A stretch of DNA of 64,000 bases, from positions 192,001-256,000 of the IMG/VR virus record IMGVR_UViG_3300027804_000001; one strand, written 5' to 3'. The position numbers and the translations under genes are program-made. Every line of letters begins with the position of its first letter. Within the stretch, counting starts at the first letter, position 1. Below are positions 9,465 through 18,974 of the stretch, piece after piece. This DNA is from a virus (Duplodnaviria; Caudoviricetes). Under the pieces are notes generated by a model. The model did no database searches. It was not told the DNA's origin and saw only the letters and a program-made list of their open reading frames with translations.

Positions 9465-10161
9465 TTGAAAATTTTATGTACAAATATTCAGAAAACAATC
9501 TATTCATTTTGAAACTCCAATGTGTATCAAAATCGGATCCATGTTTACCATTAGTTTGTATATAAACATCTTTATGTGTTTCCCACATACCAATATTCTT
9601 TGTTAAAATTTCTCTGTCTTCAATAATCTGAGATTTGAAATCCATTGTGTCCCAAGAAAATATATATTTTTTTCCTTTAGTTAAATTATAAAGAGATTCA
9701 ATAACTTCAATTGAATTCAATTGATTTGCCATAGAGGCGTTGATTATTTCTTGTGTTTTTAAATCATTCTCATATTTTTTCCAATCATACTGATTACCAA
9801 AGGTTTCAATATCACTATAAAGATTATTGTATGATGGGGTACCAATAAATCTATTTACGTATTTAACAACACTATTTTCAAAAACCTGATAATTTTTTTC
9901 TGATAATGGTAATCTTGTTCTTTTGAAATATGGAATACAAATAACCAAATAATCGTTTGGGGTGACTAATGATATTATTTTAATCCAATTGTCGATTATT
10001 GTTTGAACATCTCTACTTGGTTCTCCGTCACATATAAGATTGACATCTAACCTTTTAGATAAGTCACCAGCCCAAAAACACCTATTTTCATTTAAAGTCG
10101 GTTTTATGTATGTACATTCTCTACAAAAACTATCACCAATTACAAATAAATTATTTTTCAT
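9457..10161 (-). CDS. SGNH/GDSL-like hydrolase or acyltransferase
   Basis: N-terminal VIGDSF and C-terminal DTHW motifs. Confidence 0.55.
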   Translation of the reverse strand: MKNNLFVIGDSFCRECTYIKPTLNENRCFWAGDLSKRLDVNLICDGEPSRDVQTIIDNWIKIISLVTPNDYLVICIPYFKRTRLPLSEKNYQVFENSVVKYVNRFIGTPSYNNLYSDIETFGNQYDWKKYENDLKTQEIINASMANQLNSIEVIESLYNLTKGKKYIFSWDTMDFKSQIIEDREILTKNIGMWETHKDVYIQTNGKHGSDFDTHWSFKMNRLFSEYLYIKFSNE

Positions 10162-11107
10162 TATTCATATACCATTCAATGGTTTCTTTTATTCCTTCTT
10201 CAAAACTATATTTTGGTACAAAACCTAACTCATTCTTTATTCTATCGGTACTAACCGCTCTAAATGGAATTGTGGTGGGTTTAGTATCATCCCAAATAAC
10301 TTCAGGTGTTTTACCTGTTATTTTTAAAATTGTGTCTAATATTTCACCAATTGTAATTCCATCACCATAACCTAAGTTATATGGTTTCATTGATTCACCT
10401 TTTTCTAAAATCAATAACGCACCTTCAACAACATCTTTAACATACAAAAAATCTCTAACAACATCGGGTGAACCCCAAGCAGTAAATGGATTTTCATCGT
10501 CAAGTATTCGTTTGATTAATGCAGGAACTACGTGACAATTTTTTAAATTAAAGTTATCGTGTGGACCAAATATTGCTGTACATCTTGCAAGTGCAATTTC
10601 TAAACCAGAAAATTTAGAGACATGTTCCATTAATTTTTCTCTATATCTCCTCATCCATCCGTAACCAAAATAAGATTGGTATGGTTCACCATCCCAATAC
10701 TCTTCTTCTGTTATTGGTCTTCTTATATCGGGATATCCAGTTGAGCTATTTAAATCTAAAAATCTTTTTACTTTATTTTTTGCAGAAGCCTCTAACACAT
10801 TACCAATTAAATTAAGTTGTTTTAATGATATCTGTACATCAGTTGGTACTGATGATGGATGTGCAATCTCACCTGCACAATGAATAACGTAATCTGCACC
10901 CTCAGTTAATTTTACACAATCCTCTAATTTCATTAAATCGATATCATGAAATACTTGTATGTGATTGTGTTCAAATTTTAATTCTTTCTTGTGTATGGAT
11001 GTCCTAATGTAAGCACCAGTCTCAACCAGTTCTTTTAAGAAATGTGTACCTATAAAACCAGAACCGCCAGTCACCACCACTTTTTTACCTTTAAGAAAAT
11101 TATTCAT
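10151..11107 (-). CDS. NAD(P)-dependent sugar epimerase/reductase (GDP-fucose synthase-like)
   Basis: VTGGSGFIG, IFGPHDNF, HVVPALIKR and RDFLYVKD motifs. Confidence 0.85.
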   Translation of the reverse strand: MNNFLKGKKVVVTGGSGFIGTHFLKELVETGAYIRTSIHKKELKFEHNHIQVFHDIDLMKLEDCVKLTEGADYVIHCAGEIAHPSSVPTDVQISLKQLNLIGNVLEASAKNKVKRFLDLNSSTGYPDIRRPITEEEYWDGEPYQSYFGYGWMRRYREKLMEHVSKFSGLEIALARCTAIFGPHDNFNLKNCHVVPALIKRILDDENPFTAWGSPDVVRDFLYVKDVVEGALLILEKGESMKPYNLGYGDGITIGEILDTILKITGKTPEVIWDDTKPTTIPFRAVSTDRIKNELGFVPKYSFEEGIKETIEWYMNNEK

Positions 11108-11780
11108 AATATCTTTTTAAATTTTTTATCGAACTATTTTTGAATTTATTAAATAACTCGTAAATTGGCCTTCTATAATCATAATTTGAATTATACGTGT
11201 AATCCCCAAACAATGATTTAGATTTAAAATATTTTTTTACTTTAGATAACTCTACTCCCTCATTAGGAACAAAATCAAGGTTCCCCGTTAAATTCCATAT
11301 ATCAAAATTCATTATAAAATCTAACATATCCTCCATTAAAATATAATGAAAAAATGATTTATCTGATAATGTAATAATCTCATTGTTTTTAATTTTTTCA
11401 ATATGATTTTTTTTCATCGTTGGTCCAATCAAAGTTGGGCATCTAAGAATTAAATCTCTTTTGTCCATCATTGATTCAGAAAGTTTTTTAAATAAAGAAT
11501 AGGTTGTGTGATTTTCTTGGTAAACATCAACAGATGAAATATATATGAACTTTTGACACTTTAAATTTTTTAATTTTTGTGTCAAAAATATGTTATCGTC
11601 AATATATTTTTTATAGTCGGTTATATCGTTTTCCTTATTGAATGCACAATGAACAATAACATCATATTGGTTGTCTTTAATAGAATCAAAATTGTTTCTA
11701 TCTAAACCAAAAGAGTTGGGTATTCTTTCATGTAAAAATTTACCCAACCCACTGTTAACACCTGTTATTAAAATTTTCAT
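11100..11780 (-). CDS. Short NAD-dependent epimerase/dehydratase-family protein
   Basis: ILITGVNSGLG, IVHCA, FIYISSVDVY and YxxxK (YSLFK). Only 226 aa. Confidence 0.75.
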   Translation of the reverse strand: MKILITGVNSGLGKFLHERIPNSFGLDRNNFDSIKDNQYDVIVHCAFNKENDITDYKKYIDDNIFLTQKLKNLKCQKFIYISSVDVYQENHTTYSLFKKLSESMMDKRDLILRCPTLIGPTMKKNHIEKIKNNEIITLSDKSFFHYILMEDMLDFIMNFDIWNLTGNLDFVPNEGVELSKVKKYFKSKSLFGDYTYNSNYDYRRPIYELFNKFKNSSIKNLKRYYE

Positions 11781-12751
11781 TAGTGATGTACAAAAGGATT
11801 ATATCTCTTATCAATTATTTCCTTATTATTTAAAAACCATTCAGTAGTTAATTTAATACCTTCATCCAGACTAACATGATTTCCCAATCCATGTTTTTCC
11901 ATTCTTTCCGTACTCATTAATCTTTTTGCATCTCCACTTGGCATATCACTTAACCATTTAACCTCTATGTTACGACCTGAATATTTTAAAATAATATCCA
12001 CTAAATTTTTAATCGAGTGTCCACCGCCAGAACCTAAATTAATAGGTTCTGTAATTTTATTTTCAACTACTTTCAACATTCCTTTTGCAACATCATCCGC
12101 ATAAATAAAGTCGCGAATAGGTGTTCCATCACCAAAGACTTCAAGCACATCACTTTCCTGTGCTTTTCTTATAAGTGATGGTATCACCATCGCGTTTTGA
12201 GGATTGAAATTATCATATGGACCATAAACATTAGCAGGTCTTACAATTGAAATTCTATCCCACCCATATTGTTTACTGTATGTTTCAGTTTGTAATTCAC
12301 CAATCCTTTTTGCCCAACCAGCATATTTGTCATTTGGTGATGGAAAAGTACTCCAAACAGATTCTTCATAAAAAACTTCCGCAGGTGAATAGACACCAAC
12401 AGAGCTGGTGTATAGATACCACTTAACATTTGATTCAAATGCCGCTTGTGTCATGTTTGTATTAAATTGTAACATAGGAACCATAAAGTCTACCGGTTGT
12501 TCAATACACATTTTAGGTGAACCCTTTACCCCCGCCAAATGAAATACATAATCTTTTCCTTTACATATGTCCAAACAATTGTCAAAGAATCTTAAATCAA
12601 CTTGGGTGAATTCAACACTTTCAGGTAAATCTACAGGTTTAGTTAAATCGGCAATAGTTACTATTGCACCTCTTTGTAATAAAAGATTTACAAGTGATCT
12701 ACCAATCATTCCTGATCCACCCGTTACTAATACTTTCTGATTCTCAAACAT
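11780..12751 (-). CDS. GDP-L-fucose synthase/ColC-like epimerase-reductase
   Basis: VTGGSGMIG, FHLAG, YAGWAKRIGE, RPANVYGPYDNF, VIPSLIRK and GDGTPIRDFIY motifs. Confidence 0.85.
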   Translation of the reverse strand: MFENQKVLVTGGSGMIGRSLVNLLLQRGAIVTIADLTKPVDLPESVEFTQVDLRFFDNCLDICKGKDYVFHLAGVKGSPKMCIEQPVDFMVPMLQFNTNMTQAAFESNVKWYLYTSSVGVYSPAEVFYEESVWSTFPSPNDKYAGWAKRIGELQTETYSKQYGWDRISIVRPANVYGPYDNFNPQNAMVIPSLIRKAQESDVLEVFGDGTPIRDFIYADDVAKGMLKVVENKITEPINLGSGGGHSIKNLVDIILKYSGRNIEVKWLSDMPSGDAKRLMSTERMEKHGLGNHVSLDEGIKLTTEWFLNNKEIIDKRYNPFVHH

Positions 12752-13925
12752 TGTTTAATTTTTTTGTTAAGTTTATAATTTGTTCATCTGTTAAATCCGT
12801 ATGATTTCCAATATAAAGTGAATAGTTGTGTACATAATTAACATTTTTTAATTCACCAACAATTCTATGTTCACATTTTTCTAAATAAGGTTGTAATACT
12901 TGATTTCCTCCTCCAGATGTACCTAATCTATATTCTACACCCTCGAAAAATAAAATATCACATACACTACTATAATCATCATTAACTTTAAAACTATCTA
13001 TGTAATTTGGTTTCATTATTAATGGTAACGCAAAATTACTATTACCCTCTAAATCAAATTCGGTGATAAATTTATTACCATCCAAATTATTTAACCAAAC
13101 ATCAAGATTATGTTTTCTTTTTTCAACATTGTAATCAATCCTTTTCATTTGTTCGATACCCAAAACGGCATTCATTTCTGTACTTCTCATATTAAATCCA
13201 GGAACAACAAAAGTAAAAAGTGGATTTAAATTTGGATATTCTCTTTGGTAATATTGTTGTGTCTGTTGTGAGACTTCTCTTGTCATACCATGTGATCTGA
13301 AAAGTCTCGCCAATTCATTAATTTTTTCGTTGTTTGTTGAAATCATACCACCTTCTACAGTTGTTATGTGGTGACCAAAGAAAAATGAGAAAATTGACAT
13401 ATCACCAAATGTACCAACTTTTTGTCCTTTATGACAAGCACCGTGTGATTCACAACAATCTTCAATTAATAAGATATTTTTTTCTTTTGCAATTTGAATT
13501 AATTCGTCATCTATAGCATTAAAACCTAAACAATGAACAATAACAATTGCTTTTGTTTCATCGGTAATTGCTTTTTTAATATTTTCAGTTGTAATTGATA
13601 AATTACTTAGAGAAATATCCACAAAAACCGGTTTCATTCCGAGTTGAACAATTGATGATACATCTGAAACCCAACCCAATGGTGGTACTATTACTTCACC
13701 AATACCTAATAATTCTTTTACTATTGCAATAGAAATATAGTTTCCTGATGAACCCGAATTTATCATTGTTGAGTTTTTTACACCCAACCATTTAGACCAT
13801 ATACTTTCAAATTCTTTAACTTTCTCACCATTAGTTAATCTTTGGTTTGATAATAAAAACTCACTAAGTGCCACTCTGTCCGTGTTTGAAATATTGTCAT
13901 TTATAAGGGGCCATTTAAAATTCAT
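12744..13925 (-). CDS. PLP/PMP-dependent DegT-fold enzyme with His in place of the catalytic Lys: ColD/E1-type NDP-4-keto-6-deoxysugar 3-dehydratase
   Basis: VNSGSSGN-like motif, IEDCCESHGA, and SFFFGHHITTVEGG (His at the position of Lys in true aminotransferases). Confidence 0.8.
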   Translation of the reverse strand: MNFKWPLINDNISNTDRVALSEFLLSNQRLTNGEKVKEFESIWSKWLGVKNSTMINSGSSGNYISIAIVKELLGIGEVIVPPLGWVSDVSSIVQLGMKPVFVDISLSNLSITTENIKKAITDETKAIVIVHCLGFNAIDDELIQIAKEKNILLIEDCCESHGACHKGQKVGTFGDMSIFSFFFGHHITTVEGGMISTNNEKINELARLFRSHGMTREVSQQTQQYYQREYPNLNPLFTFVVPGFNMRSTEMNAVLGIEQMKRIDYNVEKRKHNLDVWLNNLDGNKFITEFDLEGNSNFALPLIMKPNYIDSFKVNDDYSSVCDILFFEGVEYRLGTSGGGNQVLQPYLEKCEHRIVGELKNVNYVHNYSLYIGNHTDLTDEQIINLTKKLNNV

Positions 13926-13955
13926 ATTTAAAATATATTAAAAAAAGAGGAAAAA

Positions 13956-14687
13956 TCAAAGATTGTCCAATGAATTATTCAAAATTGACTCTAAAAGATA
14001 TGGTGAGATGTTTATTGGATTATGTACACCCAATGGGTTTGGATAAAAAATGTTCTCAACACTAAATTTCATTGCAGTTTCTATATCAGGTAAATTATAC
14101 CCATCTAACCATTTGACAAAAAAGATATCCTCCCATCTGGGTTCATAATCTTTATGGTTTTTAGATATTTCCAACATAACATCTTTAGTCCTTAGAGATA
14201 AACCACCATTACCTATAAATTTATTTTCTTTAGGTTTTGTCCAAGGTGCACCGATATAATCATATTCTAAAAATTGTTCTACTCCGAATCTCAAAAGCAA
14301 TGTGTCTAACTGAAATGTTAAAACTTTTTTTCCTTTAACAAGACTCCAAAATTCATTTGATTTCATGTATTGATTATATTCTATTTTGGTGAAATCTTTA
14401 ACCCCGATGTTTATGAATTCTACATTTTTAATATCTTTTAAAATATCATACATAAAATCTTGGTTATCAATACCATGAAAAACCTGTAATCCCCATTTAA
14501 TGTTTGAATTATTCTCATTTAAAAAATATAAATGATTTTTTATTATAGATAACGTTTTTGTATCAATTCTAGGTTCAACATAAACAGCATAATAATCTGT
14601 TTCACTTGGTAAAACTGGTGAATAATTCTCCGTTTTTTTTGTGAAACTTTTTAAATATTTTTCAATTAAAAATTCTTGTGATGTCAT
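13956..14687 (-). CDS. DUF5672-family (glycosyltransferase-like) protein
   Basis: FQLDTLL, FLEYDYIGAPW, GNGGLSLR, EDIFF and PLGVH motifs. Confidence 0.75.
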   Translation of the reverse strand: MTSQEFLIEKYLKSFTKKTENYSPVLPSETDYYAVYVEPRIDTKTLSIIKNHLYFLNENNSNIKWGLQVFHGIDNQDFMYDILKDIKNVEFINIGVKDFTKIEYNQYMKSNEFWSLVKGKKVLTFQLDTLLLRFGVEQFLEYDYIGAPWTKPKENKFIGNGGLSLRTKDVMLEISKNHKDYEPRWEDIFFVKWLDGYNLPDIETAMKFSVENIFYPNPLGVHNPINISPYLLESILNNSLDNL

Positions 14688-15304
14688 ATCTTATCAATAA
14701 TACTATTATATATGTAATCACCTATAATTTTATATCCTAATAGATTTGGATGGTAATCTCCTTCCCAAAATTTTCTACCGTCGTTCCAAACACTTCTACT
14801 ACCATATTCCCAAACCGAAACGTTATTTTTAATTTCATATTCTTTTAGAATATCTGAAACACAACCATCAGGGTTTATGAATGATTTTGGTAATAGTGAC
14901 GTGTCAAAATTTTCTTCTTTAAACGTTGGGTAAAATGAGTTAAAATAAAAATGTTTATAATTTTTTAATAATTTTTCAAATTCCCAAAATAATTTTATTA
15001 AATCATAGTTATCTTTTGCATAACGATATGGATAAGAAAACATAACAATTATAATATCGTCTTCTTCCAAGAAGTTACTCTTAATCGTATCCTTTAAGTC
15101 ATTTGAGATAAAAACATTACCATAACCACAGACACCCATATTGACATATTCTATATCCAATTTTTCAGCAGCCCATCTTGGCCAAGAATTTTGATTTCTT
15201 AGTTTTTCAATGAATTTAGGTGCTTGTGCAATTTCTTTGTATTTTACTAAAGTTTCAACTCCGTGACCTGCGGTCCAACTATCTCCATAACACACTAATC
15301 TCAT
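14684..15304 (-). CDS. SGNH/GDSL hydrolase-family protein
   Basis: YGDSWTAG, NMGVCGYGN and DYHPN..GY motifs. Confidence 0.75.
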   Translation of the reverse strand: MRLVCYGDSWTAGHGVETLVKYKEIAQAPKFIEKLRNQNSWPRWAAEKLDIEYVNMGVCGYGNVFISNDLKDTIKSNFLEEDDIIIVMFSYPYRYAKDNYDLIKLFWEFEKLLKNYKHFYFNSFYPTFKEENFDTSLLPKSFINPDGCVSDILKEYEIKNNVSVWEYGSRSVWNDGRKFWEGDYHPNLLGYKIIGDYIYNSIIDKI

Positions 15305-16614
15305 GACATCAATGATTGAAATAATTTATAATCATCATTATTATTTTTTATTTCATTAATGATTTTACGATTGTTTTCTAATCTTTTAGTGTTTTCTTTA
15401 TAAAACTTAATGATTTCTTCTTTGTTTTCTTTAATTCTAACAACCTCATTAATTAATTTTAATAATCTAATTTGAATTGTTGGTTCATTATCATAACTGT
15501 GGTCAATAATATCATCAAAAAAATCAAAACCATATTTGTTCTTCATATATTTCACATGATGTTGGGTTGCAACTATGATTGGTAAGTTATAATACGCAAA
15601 AGGTCTGAATGATTTTTCACTAACATGAATAACATTAAAATCATCTCTCCATTGTGATTCTGTTACAATATTAACATACGATTTCATATATGAAAAACTA
15701 TCTTCGGGTATTAATAAACCTCCGGATTCCATTGCGGCTTCACCTAACGGGGGGAATTTAGTTTTATCAAATATTATTTCTCCATTCTCACTAAAATATT
15801 GTCTGTCTATTTCATAATCACTTTCTTTTACTTTTATTGAAAGTAGTTTTTTTATTTCCTGTTCACAATTATAAACCACACCATCAGGTAAAACCTCCCT
15901 CAACCAAATAAAGTCTTCTGGTGGTCTACTTTGACCACTTACAAATGACCAATTCACATCATCAATTAAACCTTTTTTGTCTAATAATGCCAAAGTTGCA
16001 TATCTATGTGGTTTTGGTGATTTATTATGACAAATAAAAAACTTACCTGTCTTATCCGTAATTAAATTAGGTGTTAAATCAGAAAAAATACTTGTACATG
16101 TTATTGGTATTAATTGTAATTGGGTAAATTGTATATTTCTGTTATGTTTTCTATTGTAGTCTTCAAAATTACCGTTGTTATTTAACAACATAAATTGTGC
16201 ATCATTAAGACCATTATTTGTTATGTAATTTATTAGTTCTATATAACCCATTTCATCATCACTTTCGTGTTCAGTTAGAAATACAATTGTAAAATTTGGA
16301 CATTCTTTTAAACAATTTCTAATTTCTTCAGAAAAAGATAAGTTCCTGTCTTTAAACATTTGTTCTATTGACATTGCCGTTTTAATAAAAAAATAATATT
16401 TTAAATTAGGATTTTCATATACGTCTTTAATTTTATTAAAAGTTCTTGATAGTGAGTGTCTATCGTAGTTTAATTGTGCACGATAATATCTTTCATAGAA
16501 ATCAAAAAATCCGTCTTCATATCTAAATCCATCAGATCCAAAAAATTCTGAACAATTAGGTAATGGTTTATCTCCATCCCATTTCTCGAAAACAAGTCTT
16601 ATATTCTTATCCAT
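15301..16614 (-). CDS. GT10-like glycosyltransferase-type protein (paralog family)
   Basis: LVFEKWD..PLPN, FFICHN..KPHR and SYVNIVTES..HVSEKSFRPF motifs. Confidence 0.55.
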   Translation of the reverse strand: MDKNIRLVFEKWDGDKPLPNCSEFFGSDGFRYEDGFFDFYERYYRAQLNYDRHSLSRTFNKIKDVYENPNLKYYFFIKTAMSIEQMFKDRNLSFSEEIRNCLKECPNFTIVFLTEHESDDEMGYIELINYITNNGLNDAQFMLLNNNGNFEDYNRKHNRNIQFTQLQLIPITCTSIFSDLTPNLITDKTGKFFICHNKSPKPHRYATLALLDKKGLIDDVNWSFVSGQSRPPEDFIWLREVLPDGVVYNCEQEIKKLLSIKVKESDYEIDRQYFSENGEIIFDKTKFPPLGEAAMESGGLLIPEDSFSYMKSYVNIVTESQWRDDFNVIHVSEKSFRPFAYYNLPIIVATQHHVKYMKNKYGFDFFDDIIDHSYDNEPTIQIRLLKLINEVVRIKENKEEIIKFYKENTKRLENNRKIINEIKNNNDDYKLFQSLMS

Positions 16615-17833
16615 TTGTTATTTTTTTATAGAATAAACTATCATCTTTCATATTTGAAATTTCCAATAGTTTAATTTTATTATTTTCCATTCTTTCTTTT
16701 AGAGATGGGTATATTTTGATTATTTCGTCTTTTTTATTGTTCAATTCAATTATCTGTTCGATAATTTTTTTCATTCTTTTTATATTATCCTTCTCATAAT
16801 CATAATCATGATTAACAATATCATCAAACATATCAAATCCATATTTTTTTCTTAAGACATCAACATGTAAATAAGATGCACAGAACAAAGGTATTTGATA
16901 ATATAAAAAGGGTTTCATTGATTTTTCAGATATGTGAATCAAGTCCTCTTCAAAAAAATTTGATTCAGATACTATATTAATGTATGAGTTTTCTTGGTCT
17001 TTTTTTATTTCAGGCATGTGAACATACAATGGAACATCCCGTATTCCTTCAAAATCGGGTTTTTTTTCCTTAATAGAATAAAAATACTCAATTTCTTCTT
17101 TTAATAACAATGTAGTTTCATCGTCTAAAAATCTTTTAATATCTTCAAATTGTGCAAATTTATTATATTCATCCTCATCGTCCCCAAATGACCAATTCAC
17201 ATTTTTTATTAAATCATATTTTTTTAAAAAAGATAACAATAGATGTCTATGTATCTTTCTCATATTATTCAAACAAATAAAAAATTTACCTTCTTTATTT
17301 TTTATAAAATTAGTCTCAAGATTTCTTACAGATGTCGAATACCACATTGGTACGTGCATAGTTGAGAGGTAATTAATTTTTAAATTCTTTTTTTCTATCT
17401 GTATTTGGTTTAATGCGTTGTTGTTAATTATGTATATTTTTTCGTCGGGTATATTATTATCACGTATAAACTTTTTAAGATATAAAAAATCTTTGTTTTG
17501 ATAACTTTCGTGACTACTTATAAAAAGAAGATTTAGATTATCATTTTTTTTAACCATATCTACAATCTTCTCAGTTATAACTTTCTTATCCATAAGTAGA
17601 CAATTCAAACTACAAGACAGGTGTTCAACCAAATAAAAAAATTTGGTTTTGTCATTTCTGAACACATCTTCAGGTTTGAAATACTCAACACTAATATCAT
17701 AAGTGTCAGATATAAAATCTGCTCTACTCAACGAACACTCAGGAAAAATTTTACTTCCATTTGGTTTTGGTACATCTTGATCCCAATCATCAAATACAAG
17801 ATTTAATTTATTTCTTGATTCTTGTATTTCCAT
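16607..17833 (-). CDS. GT10-like glycosyltransferase-type protein (paralog family)
   Basis: LVFDDWD..PKPNG, FFICLNN..HR and SYINIVSES..HISEKSMKPF motifs. Confidence 0.55.
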   Translation of the reverse strand: MEIQESRNKLNLVFDDWDQDVPKPNGSKIFPECSLSRADFISDTYDISVEYFKPEDVFRNDKTKFFYLVEHLSCSLNCLLMDKKVITEKIVDMVKKNDNLNLLFISSHESYQNKDFLYLKKFIRDNNIPDEKIYIINNNALNQIQIEKKNLKINYLSTMHVPMWYSTSVRNLETNFIKNKEGKFFICLNNMRKIHRHLLLSFLKKYDLIKNVNWSFGDDEDEYNKFAQFEDIKRFLDDETTLLLKEEIEYFYSIKEKKPDFEGIRDVPLYVHMPEIKKDQENSYINIVSESNFFEEDLIHISEKSMKPFLYYQIPLFCASYLHVDVLRKKYGFDMFDDIVNHDYDYEKDNIKRMKKIIEQIIELNNKKDEIIKIYPSLKERMENNKIKLLEISNMKDDSLFYKKITNG

Positions 17834-18974
17834 AATATTCTACTCTTATTTCTTCTGATTTATATTCTCTCCATGGATCTAATACAATTGAGTTTTTAGT
17901 AAATTTATAATCACGATGTTTTCCATAATGACCCAATAGATAAACAGCATCAATTGGAGTATTCAAATCATATTCAACCTTAATTCCTTCTTTCTCAACA
18001 TAGTAACCTACTAATATGGATGATGAACCGTCAACATATTCAACATCTGGTTTATAAGCCTTTCCCAAAATAACAATAGGTAAATTATTTTCTCTAGAAA
18101 GACTAACTAATTTTAATGCAATGTTTTCTGCTTGTTTTTCTCTTGCTGTCATAATTGCATCAAACAAATCATAACCCAAATTCAAATTTTCAGCCAAAAA
18201 TCTTAAAGCTATATTATCTCTTGGATGACATCCTCCACCATCACCCATACCTGCTTTCATATATGATGGTCCCATTATTCTTTTAGTACTTCTTTCAAGT
18301 GCACCTGTTACAACATCAACATTCATGTTACCAATTTTTTCTGCAACATCTTGTATCATATTAACCAATGCAACTTTGGTTGAAATGAATGTGTTATAGA
18401 AGATTTTAATACCTTCTGATTCATCCCACGTCCCAATTTCAAAACGAGTATTTTCTTTTACGATTGTTTTATAAAAGTCGGATAATAATTTAGCGTCTCC
18501 TGTAATAGAACCGTCTTCAGTACCAATAATAACCATTTCAGGATTTACCATGTCCCACTTAACGGTACCCATTGCAATCAAATAAGGGTTATAAATAAAT
18601 CTAAAATTAGTACATAGTGGAATAAATTCTCTTCTTATAGTACCAGGTAATACTGTTGAAATTAGCACAACTAATTGTTCTTTAGTTGTATGTTTATTAA
18701 CTTCTGTCAATACCTGTTTAACGATACTATAATTAAAATCCTTATTTTCTAAATGTGATGTTGGGTATCTACCATCATAATCAGGATGATGGGGAGTTGG
18801 TACTGCAATAAAGATTAAATCTCTATTTTTACATACCTCTTCTATTGTATCAACCATATTGAAATTTAATGGTGATACTTTATTTACATCATATCCAATT
18901 ACTTCATATTTTTCTGCCATAACTTCGGCGGCGTCTTTTCCTAATTTACCTATACCGATAAATCCTATTTTCAT
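17808..18974 (-). CDS. ugd: UDP-glucose/GDP-mannose 6-dehydrogenase family
   Basis: IGIGKLG, FIAVPTP, STVLPGT, YNPYLIAMG, GGGCHPRD (catalytic Cys) and LGKAYKP motifs. Confidence 0.88.
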   Translation of the reverse strand: MKIGFIGIGKLGKDAAEVMAEKYEVIGYDVNKVSPLNFNMVDTIEEVCKNRDLIFIAVPTPHHPDYDGRYPTSHLENKDFNYSIVKQVLTEVNKHTTKEQLVVLISTVLPGTIRREFIPLCTNFRFIYNPYLIAMGTVKWDMVNPEMVIIGTEDGSITGDAKLLSDFYKTIVKENTRFEIGTWDESEGIKIFYNTFISTKVALVNMIQDVAEKIGNMNVDVVTGALERSTKRIMGPSYMKAGMGDGGGCHPRDNIALRFLAENLNLGYDLFDAIMTAREKQAENIALKLVSLSRENNLPIVILGKAYKPDVEYVDGSSSILVGYYVEKEGIKVEYDLNTPIDAVYLLGHYGKHRDYKFTKNSIVLDPWREYKSEEIRVEYYGNTRIKK

